From the IMG/VR virus record IMGVR_UViG_3300044615_001997: a DNA stretch of 64,000 bases; one strand, written 5' to 3'. A model generated the notes under the pieces. That model worked only from the letters and a program-made list of their open reading frames with translations. It was not told where the DNA came from and searched no databases. Below, one piece after another: positions 10,387 to 21,340 of this stretch. Within the stretch, counting starts at the first letter, position 1. Each line of letters starts with the position of its first letter. Made by a program: the position numbers and the translations under genes. Source of the stretch: a virus.

Positions 10387-13300
10387 ATGTCTGCATACGA
10401 ATATTTAACAGTAAATAGTTTGACTACTTATCCGTTTAGAGACGGTAGAGCTGTTAATTCTATTCAACCTATAGATGCGGATGTTTTTTTAGACATTCTT
10501 TTTGTTGTTTATGACCCGACGATAAAACGTCCTTACATAAAACAAATAAAGTCTGAAGACGGAGGAGTGTCTATAGATTTTCATGATGTAGACGGAGATC
10601 TTAAAATTTTTACAGTTGAAATACCTTCGGCTGAATTTGTAAGTCATTATAAAAATTTTGATAAATCTTTTTTTGGATATATACCGAATGAATATAGGCC
10701 TAAGGCTGCAGTTAAATTAGTGTTTGGTCAGGGTATTTCTAAGATAGCAGATGTTCAATCTACCGTCGTATATACTCCCGATGAAACAGAGTTATCGCCA
10801 TCAGCAGTACAATATTCTGTCCCAGAGGTTTCTACTTTAGAGTTTGAGTCTTGGTTCCCGGACTTTGATAGTAAGAACTATAATCCTAGCGCAGGGCAGG
10901 ATATAATTTCTGTAAAAACTTATTTAAGGGAAGAAGAAGTTAAAATGCGTTATGGGTTTAATAACGTATTTAATTACTTAGCTCCGAGAACAATGTTTTT
11001 AGACGTAGCTAGGGGAGCTGGGCTGGGGCTGTACGACCCATGCGATAATATCCCACCGCACGATTTAATCACTAGAATAAATCAAGTTGAACCTGACCCA
11101 TCAGGTAATATTTATTTCAAAGTATCAGATTGTCATTCATTAAGATTGTTGACTGACGATGAGCGAAACAGCGCATTGGAAAGAATTTTGGCTGACGGTA
11201 CTGACTACGTTAATTTTAATGTTAAACATTATTTAAAATTTTGGGATCAACTACCTTATCAAAACTATAATGAAACTATTTCACCTAACGGAAAAAACGT
11301 TAATATTTTGGGGGACGGTCAAAACGGCACAATTAATTCTATTAATCATGGATTTGTTTTAGAAAATCACTGTAAACCTAAATGTCCTCATGAAAATTTA
11401 AATGCTTTTGCTGAATATTTAAACCGAGTAAAAGATGGAGTATCTGAACTTTTTAAAGTGGTTGAAAACCCTATTGAGACTTGCGGTTACGCCACTATCA
11501 ATGGAGCTATTTTAACAGCTACTAGTTTTTGTGACCAAAATATAATAAATTCTAATTGGCTCGAAGCTCCTCTGTGTAATCAAGGATTTAAAAAATATTT
11601 TCATGAAGGTAGAAAAATTAAAATTCGTTATAATAATGCTACTTTTTATAATCCTGAAATAGTGGAAGTAATCGAAGGTCAAAACGGTTTAAACACCCAG
11701 ATTGTGTTAAACCAAGAACTTCCAGATTTTCTACCAGGAGAACAGTATTTATTTAAAGTTTTAGACTTTGGTTTAGTTAATAAATTAAATTTTGAAATCA
11801 TTAAACATAATAATGCATTAATAACCACAAACTCACCATATATTGAGTTTAACTATGGTACTGTAGAGGCATTTAATAATGATGATGAATATGTTACATT
11901 TATAACAACAGTTACCGTTGTATATAATCCAAGTGAAGAAGAAATAACTGTCGATTTTACTTCTGCAGTAAACGATATAACTACCTTAATAGATACTTCG
12001 GTTAAGGTAAAATATCCCGACGGTGAAATACGTTACGAAGAAACGGAAGCGGTGGTACCTTGTAAGGGTTATGCTATTTGGGAAGCTATTTTTTATGTTC
12101 CTTGTAGTCCTGAGCTTCCCGCACCTCCAAATGAAGGACATGTTATAATTTCAGTGGTAAATCGCAGCACGGGAGAAATTTTAGAGAATGCTCCAAAAGA
12201 AGTAAAATTAAATAGTGCTAATTGTGTTAACATTGATATCAAGACAATACGAACCTCAGCTAAAGAAAACGATTTATTTAAATTTAACATAGTAAAAGCT
12301 TTAAATTTAAGTGATGTTGCAAACATATCTTTTGCGGGAAATATTCCTGCTTGGTTGAATAGAGACACTTCTTCTACTGGTGCAGTTATTCCAGGTATTG
12401 AAGATAATGAAGGATACCACCTTTGGGGGACACCAACGGCAAATAATCAAGGAATTTTAAATGAAGAGTTTTCTATAGATATAACGATAACTGCTTCTGG
12501 TGTGTTTAGAACAACATTATTTTTAAGCTATATCGCAAAACCTAGAATAATTTCACATACAAATGGACAAATTATAGAAATAAACCCTCCAGATACATTC
12601 ACTAGAACTTACACACAAGGATCACCGTTAATTAGAATAAATGCAACCAACACCCCAATTGATTATAGATTTGAATCTGCGATACCTGGTTTTGGTCAAG
12701 CTGGCGCAAATTCTAATAAATTTATAGGTAGATATGGGTATAATCCAACATTTGTTTTTCCAATAACTTATCCAGTTAGACTGTTTGCCATAAATAGTGC
12801 ATCTTCTGAGGAGGATGAACTGTATGTAGATATTTTTGTAAAAGTTTATAATGTTGGGCAGACAGCTTCAACAGCTTTTCAAGATATTGCATATTGTTTC
12901 ACTATTCCAAACCCAGATTCAGCAGCACTAACATTAATTTCTACACTACCTTTATGGTTAAATTTTGATAGAAATGCTGCCGAGTGTAATTTGAGCGGAT
13001 TAAATAGTTCAAATATTTCTGTTATTGAGCGCGTGGTTATTCGATACGATTATGCCAATGGCTTTGAAAATAGAGAGTATTCGATAGGCTACAGGGCACG
13101 CCCTGTTATAACTTACCCACCCGAGCAAGTTGGAAACAATATTTTCACATTAGAGTTACGACCCCCAGACTACACAGTTTCAGGGCTTTCTAAAGTTTAT
13201 AACGAGCAAAATCCTTTAATTAGTGTAAAAATTTTAGATGCCTCTAGTACCGGATTAGTTTACTCAGCCGAAGGACTACCTACAGGCTTAGAAATAAATG

Positions 13301-16300
13301 AATCTGGTAAGATTATAGGACAAATAGATGAGTCGGTTATTCCTGGAGATTATCTCATAACCTTAAGAGTGGCTGATCCGGCTTTTTCCGGAACATTAGG
13401 AATAGCGGTACGACAGATCAAATTGATTTTAATTGCCGATGAAAAATTGTTTATAGCTAGAGAAAACTCTAATTTTTGTTTAAAGTTTACTGAATTAGCT
13501 TCTGCATCTAGTTATACAGTAAAAGATTGGTTAGATGGAAAACCAACTTGGCTGACTGAAGCTAATAGAGTTGGAGCAGCTTGTCATTTAACTAATTCGG
13601 ATAATTTGAAGCCGAGCGGTGACTTAAGTAAAGACTATAGATTTACATTGGCGTACATCACAGCAACTAATCCACCCATACAGTTAGAAGTGAACTATCT
13701 TTTAAGGTATATAGCCAAACCAAGAATATTGTATCCACAAAATGGAGAAGTTTTTCAAATAGCTTCCGAAGATTTATCAGAGGTGGTATTTACTGAAGAA
13801 AATCCATTACTGTCTTTTGAAGTAGTCAATGATCCCACTAATTATGAAATAACTGGACTGCCATCAGGATTAAGTTTGGTAAATGGAAAAATTGTGGGAG
13901 CTGCTACAAACGCTAATCCTGTAGGAGATTATAATGTTACTTTGTATGCTAGCAATACAGCAGGTGTTTCTAGTATTAGTATAAAAATTAGCATAAAAAA
14001 TATCACTATTCAAAGAGCTTTTCAGCTTGATGCATTTTGTTATAAAATCACCGGAATTTCAAACGCACTATACTATTCTTTAGAGGGCGATAAACCAAAT
14101 TGGTTAACCTTCAATCCAGCTTCAAATGCTGTTTGCCCTGTAGGAAATTTATATGGAACACCTCCCATCAGCGCAAATCAAAGTGCATCATATGATTTAA
14201 TATTGGTAGCACACAGAGGTAGTGGGGAATTAAGACAAAGCTTTAAACTAGAATATTATGCTAGACCAAATATAACTTATCCTTTACCAGACACCGTTTT
14301 TACAATTTCACCACCAGACTATAATAACCTTTTATTCACAAGCACAAATCCACTATTCAAAATAGAGGCAGATAATAACCCTACTTCTTATAGGGTAAAT
14401 GGTTTTCCTGAAAGAACTTTTCGCGTAGACGGTAATGGTAATATTATAGGCAGTTCTGGTGCCACCATAACAGACACACAAATACCAGTACAGCTTTATG
14501 CTCGCAATGAGGCAGGTGAATCTACTCCTGTCAGAATCTTTATAGTTATTACAAACCAGATTAACACAATTACTTTTAATTATACAGCAGCTACACCTTG
14601 TGCTACTGGAGCAAAATATAAATTTGAACTCGAGGATCAACCTGAAAGCATCACATTAGTAGGGCATCCAACTTGGATAACATTTAACCCGAGTTTAACA
14701 ACCGATTGTAATTTAACTTTCGGCAATAATAGACCTGTTTTAACTACATCACAAACGATACCATTAACTCTTACTAGAAATTATCGTGGAGGCAATACCA
14801 AAGAAACATTTAATTTATTAATCACCACAATACCAATTATAACTAATCCAATAAACACAACTTTACCGACAAACAGAATACGTTATGTTATATCGCAGCC
14901 AGATTTTAATAATAGAATTTATTCTGTACAGTCACCACTTTTAACAATTACTGCCACAAATTCTCCAACAAACATAACAGCTTCAGGATTACCATCAAGT
15001 TTAAGTGTAGTAACTTCTGGGCCTGATATAGGCAAAGTAATAAGTGTCAATCAAAGTATTCCAGTATCTGAATTAGGCTTATTCATAGTAACCGCCACAG
15101 CTTCTAATGGGGCAGGTAGTTCTATGACAGTTGTTTTTGAGATCGAGGCTAAAAACGAAATAATAGAAATATCCACACGTCAAGGCGAGGCCATCAATAA
15201 TGAATTTTGTAAACTTATTACAAGGGACAGAGCAACATCTTATTCTATTGTAGCCGGAACATTATTGAATGGTTTAAATTTTTCAGGCTCTACAGATGCA
15301 GGCTGTAACTTTTTTGGAGTACCTTCGGGAGGTAATGACGAACTATCTATTTTAGATGTGAGAAGTAATTATGTAGGAGGATTTTCAACTTTTAGAATAA
15401 GATTTTCACATATAAATAAACCCAGCATTGTTAGATTTACGAGAAACGGCAATACTATTATAGATGACGCTTTATCTGTTTTACCTGGTGTTTACGTGGG
15501 CACGACTTTTACGGAAGAACTACCACTATTTTCAATAGATACTACAGGAAATCCTACCAGTTTTTATGCTGAAGGTTTCCCGCAAAATTCAACTTTATCT
15601 ATAAGCTGTAATGGTAAAGTTATAGGAACTATTAATCAAGCCGCTGCAGGTAAATATACTGTGATAATAACAGCTGTAAATGAGGCAGGCGAATCAGAAA
15701 AAAGAACAATATATTTAGACTTTTCTCAAGCAGTTCCAGTAATCACGTGGGAAAATCCTGACGATATTACACATCCAACCCCGCTTAATTCTATAGATCA
15801 TTTAAACGCTACAGCTAATGTTCCTGGGTCATTTGCATATTTACCACCAGCAGGCAACATTCTTTCTGCCAGTACGCAGCCAAGGGTGCTTACAGTTACG
15901 TTTACACCTACAGATCAAATTACTTACGCTACAGTAGCCAAATCCGTAACGATACGAGTTTTCAAGGCAACTCCCACAATAACGTGGAACACTCCATCAG
16001 CTATAAGTTACTATACCGCATTAACTGCAGCACAATTAAACGCAACGGCAAACATAGCAGGTACATTTGTATATAGTCCGGGGTTAGGACACATATTTAA
16101 TGCTGGGACGCATTCTATAACAGTAACATTTACACCTGTAGATACTACAAATTATAATTCTGCGACAAGGCAGACGGAATTAGTAGTTAACAAAATTACT
16201 GTTACCCCGAGCAATATCTACTGGTCTACTCCATCAAGTATTGTCTATGGTGTTGCTTTGAGCGGTACACAATTGAATGCGTTAGCTAGAATCAGTTCTA

Positions 16301-19200
16301 CTGATGCCACATCACCAGCAATACCCAGTAATTCAAGTTCTTATGTTTATTCTCCTGTTCTCGGAACAGTTTTGGCGGTGGGAACCCATAATTTAACTGT
16401 GACATTTGTTAGCAGCGATTCTACCAATTTTACTGTTACCCCCGTACAAAAAGTTGTAACAATTTCTGTGGTGGCTCAAGCGCCACCCATCACTTGGAAT
16501 ACACCAGCAGCCATTACCTATGGCACCCTGCTTAGTAGTACTCAATTAAACGCAACCAGTACCATAGCAGGATTAACTTATACTTATACTCCTACATTCG
16601 GAGCATTATTGAATGCAGGAACACGAACACTATCTCTCACGGTTTCAGGAAACCCAAACTACGCTTCAACTACCGTGACGAGAGAAATTTTAGTAAATAA
16701 AGCAGCTTCTTCCATTACATTTACATCTCCAACCTCAGGGAGAGTAGGAGATCACATATTATTAACTACCGAGAAAACAGGTTCAACCAGTCCGGTTGTT
16801 TATAGCTCGGCTTCTACAGCTATTATAAATATTATTAATGTAAATAGGGCTAATTTGTTAACTGCAGGAACGGCTTCGGTAACAGCTCAAGTCGAGGAAG
16901 ATGCCAACTTTTTAGCCGCAGCAAGATCTCAAAACATCACCATCACTCGTGGTCTTAGTACTGTAACTATAACTTCCACAAATTCTACTAAAGTAGGAAA
17001 TACATTTACTTTAGCTGCTACAGCCACCGGATCTACAGGCCAAATATCTTTTAGTAGTAGTAACGCTAATTTGTTGAGTATAACTGGAGGTTCTATCGCA
17101 ACTGCTCTTGGGTCTGGGCAAGTCACACTCACTGCCTCTGTGGCTGCAACCGCAAATTACGATTCTGGCAGCAGTACACAAACTATAACAATCGCTAAAG
17201 GTGATTCAAACATTGCCTCGATAAATATGGTAAATCTTTTCCAGGGAGAAACCTCAACAATCACAACACAAAGAACAGGCTCCACCGGCGCAATCACATA
17301 CACCAGCAGCAACCCCGCAGTCATAAGTATTTCTGGTAACATAGCTACATTTAATTCCGGAGGAACAGCTAATATCACAGCAACATTGGCGGAAGATAAT
17401 AATTATTTGGGCACCACTAGAACACAATCTTTCACAGTTACACCCAAATCAACAGTAACAATAACATGGTCAGGTGTAACAACTTTAACTTTAGGGCAAA
17501 CTGTGCAGGTTATACCTTTTTCAACTACCGCCCCAGCTTTAGCTGATTCTCTCATAACTGCAACAACCGCAGATTCTACAATTATAAGAGTTATAACTGT
17601 AGGTGGTATAGTAGGACCTGTACTAGAAGCAATAAAGCCAGGAACTACGCAAATAACGCTCAGAGTTCCAGGCACAATAGATAGACAAGAGGCTACTTTA
17701 ATTGTAGCCATGACAGTTCAAAAAATTTCCAGCACATTAACGATAAATAATTTAATTAATAATAATTTAACTGTTCCATTATCTAGCACCAGCTATTTCA
17801 TAGGATATTCTATTTCCCCAACATCCCACGTTTATGGTGGTACTGCCCCAGCATTTGATAATTTAACAAGTAGTGTTACCTCGGTTGCCACTCGCGACCC
17901 AAATAGTTCTTTTGGTCACGTTAATTTACTTTCTGTTGGAACTACCACAATTACATTTAATAGACCAACTAATACATTTTGGGAAGCTGTCTCTAGAAGT
18001 TTTACATTAACAGTAACCAAAGGTTCTTCTACGTTAAACATTACTGGGCCTACTTCCGCCAAAGTCGGGCAATCTGGAACAATAACGTTTACAAAAACAG
18101 GATCTACAGCAACTCCAGTTTTTACAGCTGCCAGCGGAACAGGATTAATTATAACAGGCAACGCCGTAAGCTATACAAAAGCAGGTTCCCAAACACTCAC
18201 AGGAACTTTAGCTGGGGACACTAACTATGATGGGATTACTTCAACAAGAACATTAAATGTTTCTAAGGGGGATACGTCTTTATCTTTTGAGTATTTTGTA
18301 AATAGTGTATGGACTGCGACTAAACCCACCTCTGTCCTTCCAGGTCAAAGCTTGAGAATTAGACGAGTTGTCTCAGGCTCTACGGGTACAGTTACTTTAA
18401 CCGCCACACCCAGCGAAAACTTAGGAGCAACATCTGAATGCGTTGGAAGTAATTCAGGTGTTTGTGAAGCCGTAATCGTATTTAACAACACATCTCTAGG
18501 CGTTCAAACTATTACTTTAAGCGTTGCTACAGATACAAATTATAATGCAGCAACAGTTACAACAAACATAACAATACAAAAAGGAAGTTCCACATTAACT
18601 GTAGGAACTCCCAATAGCTTAACTTATGGCACACCAGTAGCTCTCAGCAATATTCAATTAACTAGAACAGGTACTACTGGAGCACCAGTATTCAGTACCA
18701 ATGACAGTAACATACAATTTACACAGCAAGGATTAACTTTTTCTTCAGTCAATACGTTGAGTAATCCCGCACCGAACCCTGGGTCTGGAACATACAGTGT
18801 TACGTTAGCTGCAGATGACCAGTATAATTCTATTACAGCCAGTAAAACAGTGACATTACTTAAAGGAACACCGACTTTCACTTTTGAGTATAGTGCAGTA
18901 ATTTCTGGAGGCGCTTCATTCACATGTGCTACGCCTATGACTAACGTCAAACCTAATATCCAGGCAGGAGCCCGTAGTGTGCTTGTTAGAATTAATCCGA
19001 ATATGCAGCCTAATCAATTCGCAACTTTCTCTTTCTCTGCGACTGGTGGAACAGCTCAACCGATACCTCTAGCTTGTAATTTTTATAACTTCTTGTATAC
19101 CTCCCCGCAAACAACAGGGCAAGTAACGGTAACGATAAATTATTCGGGAGATGGCAACACTAACGCAACTTCAACTACTATAACTTTTAATATCGTTTAA
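10387..19200 (+). CDS. giant Ig-like repeat tail fibre/adhesin (paralog 2)
   Basis: 2937 aa. Shared paralog N-terminus, then GLP.GL....G.I.G repeats, four ITW.TP..I.Y...L...QLNA repeats and Thr/Ser-rich Ig-like repeats. Confidence 0.7.
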   Translation: MSAYEYLTVNSLTTYPFRDGRAVNSIQPIDADVFLDILFVVYDPTIKRPYIKQIKSEDGGVSIDFHDVDGDLKIFTVEIPSAEFVSHYKNFDKSFFGYIPNEYRPKAAVKLVFGQGISKIADVQSTVVYTPDETELSPSAVQYSVPEVSTLEFESWFPDFDSKNYNPSAGQDIISVKTYLREEEVKMRYGFNNVFNYLAPRTMFLDVARGAGLGLYDPCDNIPPHDLITRINQVEPDPSGNIYFKVSDCHSLRLLTDDERNSALERILADGTDYVNFNVKHYLKFWDQLPYQNYNETISPNGKNVNILGDGQNGTINSINHGFVLENHCKPKCPHENLNAFAEYLNRVKDGVSELFKVVENPIETCGYATINGAILTATSFCDQNIINSNWLEAPLCNQGFKKYFHEGRKIKIRYNNATFYNPEIVEVIEGQNGLNTQIVLNQELPDFLPGEQYLFKVLDFGLVNKLNFEIIKHNNALITTNSPYIEFNYGTVEAFNNDDEYVTFITTVTVVYNPSEEEITVDFTSAVNDITTLIDTSVKVKYPDGEIRYEETEAVVPCKGYAIWEAIFYVPCSPELPAPPNEGHVIISVVNRSTGEILENAPKEVKLNSANCVNIDIKTIRTSAKENDLFKFNIVKALNLSDVANISFAGNIPAWLNRDTSSTGAVIPGIEDNEGYHLWGTPTANNQGILNEEFSIDITITASGVFRTTLFLSYIAKPRIISHTNGQIIEINPPDTFTRTYTQGSPLIRINATNTPIDYRFESAIPGFGQAGANSNKFIGRYGYNPTFVFPITYPVRLFAINSASSEEDELYVDIFVKVYNVGQTASTAFQDIAYCFTIPNPDSAALTLISTLPLWLNFDRNAAECNLSGLNSSNISVIERVVIRYDYANGFENREYSIGYRARPVITYPPEQVGNNIFTLELRPPDYTVSGLSKVYNEQNPLISVKILDASSTGLVYSAEGLPTGLEINESGKIIGQIDESVIPGDYLITLRVADPAFSGTLGIAVRQIKLILIADEKLFIARENSNFCLKFTELASASSYTVKDWLDGKPTWLTEANRVGAACHLTNSDNLKPSGDLSKDYRFTLAYITATNPPIQLEVNYLLRYIAKPRILYPQNGEVFQIASEDLSEVVFTEENPLLSFEVVNDPTNYEITGLPSGLSLVNGKIVGAATNANPVGDYNVTLYASNTAGVSSISIKISIKNITIQRAFQLDAFCYKITGISNALYYSLEGDKPNWLTFNPASNAVCPVGNLYGTPPISANQSASYDLILVAHRGSGELRQSFKLEYYARPNITYPLPDTVFTISPPDYNNLLFTSTNPLFKIEADNNPTSYRVNGFPERTFRVDGNGNIIGSSGATITDTQIPVQLYARNEAGESTPVRIFIVITNQINTITFNYTAATPCATGAKYKFELEDQPESITLVGHPTWITFNPSLTTDCNLTFGNNRPVLTTSQTIPLTLTRNYRGGNTKETFNLLITTIPIITNPINTTLPTNRIRYVISQPDFNNRIYSVQSPLLTITATNSPTNITASGLPSSLSVVTSGPDIGKVISVNQSIPVSELGLFIVTATASNGAGSSMTVVFEIEAKNEIIEISTRQGEAINNEFCKLITRDRATSYSIVAGTLLNGLNFSGSTDAGCNFFGVPSGGNDELSILDVRSNYVGGFSTFRIRFSHINKPSIVRFTRNGNTIIDDALSVLPGVYVGTTFTEELPLFSIDTTGNPTSFYAEGFPQNSTLSISCNGKVIGTINQAAAGKYTVIITAVNEAGESEKRTIYLDFSQAVPVITWENPDDITHPTPLNSIDHLNATANVPGSFAYLPPAGNILSASTQPRVLTVTFTPTDQITYATVAKSVTIRVFKATPTITWNTPSAISYYTALTAAQLNATANIAGTFVYSPGLGHIFNAGTHSITVTFTPVDTTNYNSATRQTELVVNKITVTPSNIYWSTPSSIVYGVALSGTQLNALARISSTDATSPAIPSNSSSYVYSPVLGTVLAVGTHNLTVTFVSSDSTNFTVTPVQKVVTISVVAQAPPITWNTPAAITYGTLLSSTQLNATSTIAGLTYTYTPTFGALLNAGTRTLSLTVSGNPNYASTTVTREILVNKAASSITFTSPTSGRVGDHILLTTEKTGSTSPVVYSSASTAIINIINVNRANLLTAGTASVTAQVEEDANFLAAARSQNITITRGLSTVTITSTNSTKVGNTFTLAATATGSTGQISFSSSNANLLSITGGSIATALGSGQVTLTASVAATANYDSGSSTQTITIAKGDSNIASINMVNLFQGETSTITTQRTGSTGAITYTSSNPAVISISGNIATFNSGGTANITATLAEDNNYLGTTRTQSFTVTPKSTVTITWSGVTTLTLGQTVQVIPFSTTAPALADSLITATTADSTIIRVITVGGIVGPVLEAIKPGTTQITLRVPGTIDRQEATLIVAMTVQKISSTLTINNLINNNLTVPLSSTSYFIGYSISPTSHVYGGTAPAFDNLTSSVTSVATRDPNSSFGHVNLLSVGTTTITFNRPTNTFWEAVSRSFTLTVTKGSSTLNITGPTSAKVGQSGTITFTKTGSTATPVFTAASGTGLIITGNAVSYTKAGSQTLTGTLAGDTNYDGITSTRTLNVSKGDTSLSFEYFVNSVWTATKPTSVLPGQSLRIRRVVSGSTGTVTLTATPSENLGATSECVGSNSGVCEAVIVFNNTSLGVQTITLSVATDTNYNAATVTTNITIQKGSSTLTVGTPNSLTYGTPVALSNIQLTRTGTTGAPVFSTNDSNIQFTQQGLTFSSVNTLSNPAPNPGSGTYSVTLAADDQYNSITASKTVTLLKGTPTFTFEYSAVISGGASFTCATPMTNVKPNIQAGARSVLVRINPNMQPNQFATFSFSATGGTAQPIPLACNFYNFLYTSPQTTGQVTVTINYSGDGNTNATSTTITFNIV

Positions 19201-19225
19201 GTACTATATTTGATACTATATTTTT

Positions 19226-20548
19226 ATGGCAATTTATACGTTAGATTTTTTAAATAAAAATAGGTTTAGAAGATTCCCCTTCAAGGCGGAAACCTCATTG
19301 ACTTCTATTAATGGACAAGTACTAAGCAATGACTTGATGGTAGGGTTGTCTATAACCACAGCCTCAGGTAGAACTAACATACATATAAGTCAAATATACG
19401 TAAAAGATCAGTTTATTTCTGTGGTATTATCCGGGACGAGCAATGGTAGAAAAATTAGTTTAGGTAGATTTGTTGGAACGATATTAGAAGATTACTCTGT
19501 TTTATACTTAGAGCAGTTTGAAAGATTTATTAACGGCATTTTAATAATCGGTAGTGTTACCGAGATTTTAAAAATGCGTGGTGGGTATTTTTTTAGCCCC
19601 CAAGCTACAGCTATAGAAGAATCTACTATTTTTCAATACACACCACCACGTGTTAAAAGTATTGTCAACGATTCAACACATTTACGGGGCAGGGTTGAGT
19701 TTGGAACTTTAACCAATCTAGTAAAGACAAAAGAAAATCAAAATATAAAAATAAGTACAACCACAGGCACACAGATAGCTAGTTTGGCGGATAAATCTTC
19801 TCAATTTAGAAATTGTGCCACCCCACTTATTTATTCAATAAATAATGCTGTTCCATTTAAAGATTCTTCTAATGATTACCCTATTTTAGACGGTAACATT
19901 TATATGGTTGGAATTAAACCTATTGTTTTTTATGGTGAGTTCGGTGCTCCAGGAGAAGAATCAAGTGTAGGAGGAACCATATTGGCACAGACTATAGATA
20001 TAAATAACAATCCATTAACTCTAGATACTTTATGTACTGCGAGAAATAAAGTTTTGCCTCCGATAAATCCAGTTTATTTAAACAACAGACCTGACAATAA
20101 AACTGTTACACCTACATTTGTAGGTAAAGAAAATTATTACACTAAATCTTTTATAAAACCTGTTAATTTTATAAAAGTAGTAGAACCTGAATTTTTGTCA
20201 TGGCCTCAATTTTTTAAAAATTTTACTGACTATGTTACAGGATTATCTCAAGGGCAGCAAAAAACCATTGTAACTGTACCTCCAGGAAAATCTGGAGTTA
20301 TTAAGAGAATAGTGTTGAGAAATTCTCCAACGCAAAATAATCTCGCCGGAGCCGGGCTACAGATAATTTTTAGAAAAAATAACGCCACTATTACAGCGTT
20401 AGATGCTTTTAATTTAAATCAAGACCAAGCCATAACTATTAATGGTGTAGAACTACCGTTTGTGGCTGGAGATACTTTCAGTGTATACTTAAATCAAGTA
20501 ACCGGCTCCAACCCCTACATGTTACAAACAATTCTTTTTTATAGATAA
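19226..20548 (+). CDS. tail fibre/adaptor paralog 3
   Basis: FLNKNRFRRFPF N-terminal motif, IYSINNAVP...GNIYM. Confidence 0.5.
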   Translation: MAIYTLDFLNKNRFRRFPFKAETSLTSINGQVLSNDLMVGLSITTASGRTNIHISQIYVKDQFISVVLSGTSNGRKISLGRFVGTILEDYSVLYLEQFERFINGILIIGSVTEILKMRGGYFFSPQATAIEESTIFQYTPPRVKSIVNDSTHLRGRVEFGTLTNLVKTKENQNIKISTTTGTQIASLADKSSQFRNCATPLIYSINNAVPFKDSSNDYPILDGNIYMVGIKPIVFYGEFGAPGEESSVGGTILAQTIDINNNPLTLDTLCTARNKVLPPINPVYLNNRPDNKTVTPTFVGKENYYTKSFIKPVNFIKVVEPEFLSWPQFFKNFTDYVTGLSQGQQKTIVTVPPGKSGVIKRIVLRNSPTQNNLAGAGLQIIFRKNNATITALDAFNLNQDQAITINGVELPFVAGDTFSVYLNQVTGSNPYMLQTILFYR

Positions 20549-20550
20549 TT

Positions 20551-21339
20551 ATGGCTGAATATAACATATTACCTTGGCAAAATGAAAATAGCCTATCTAG
20601 CTATCCGTTGGTTTTTCCATTGGATTATGATGGCTTTATTGTAGATGCTTCCTTTATACAATTTGACTACTTTGTACCGACGTTAAACACAATTTTTGTT
20701 GGGCAAGATTATATCGAGATCACTATAACCTTTGATAGCGGAGAGCTGACCCAAGTTTATTATAATTCTCAATACAATGCTGGTGTAAGAGAGATTAGGT
20801 TTATTGAGGATAACGCGCGCTATTTAGGCTGTATTACTGTTGGTGAAAATACTTCATTTTTGTGGGAAAATTTTGTAGGACAAAAGTTGATAAAAAACAT
20901 ACCTTTTTTGGCTAGCGTAGTTAAAAGCATACCTTCAAAAGACGCTGTTTATACTCTAGACAGCCTATACGGAGACATTGTTTTTGGTGTAGAGCTAGAG
21001 GAGGTTACAAATTTTTCGTCCATAGGCGGATTTAATTTTCAAAATAACTTAATAGGTGGTTTAGTGTTTCAAAGTACTGGTGGAGGTAGTAATATATTTT
21101 ATAATTATAATATTGGAAAAAATGCCTTGATTTTTAATGCTGTAGCTAACCACACTTTCCCAGAAGAATCAATATGGGCTTTAAAAAGAATTAATTTAGT
21201 TCCACCTATAAATAACAACATTTATTTAGCCAGCAACGATGTGTTAAAATTTAAGTCTATCAATAATCAAAGACTACAAATTTCTTTGGCGGGAGAATCA
21301 GCAACCGGAGCATCTATAGTTCCAACTCTTACATCATAA
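20551..21339 (+). CDS. tail fibre/adaptor paralog 4
   Basis: WQNENSLSSYPL motif, LKRINLVPPINNNIYL. Confidence 0.5.
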   Translation: MAEYNILPWQNENSLSSYPLVFPLDYDGFIVDASFIQFDYFVPTLNTIFVGQDYIEITITFDSGELTQVYYNSQYNAGVREIRFIEDNARYLGCITVGENTSFLWENFVGQKLIKNIPFLASVVKSIPSKDAVYTLDSLYGDIVFGVELEEVTNFSSIGGFNFQNNLIGGLVFQSTGGGSNIFYNYNIGKNALIFNAVANHTFPEESIWALKRINLVPPINNNIYLASNDVLKFKSINNQRLQISLAGESATGASIVPTLTS

Positions 21340-21340
21340 T

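Noticed and set aside
16929-18950. Series of minus-strand Val-rich ORFs
   Set aside because: Antisense shadows of Thr-rich codons in the 2937-aa gene.
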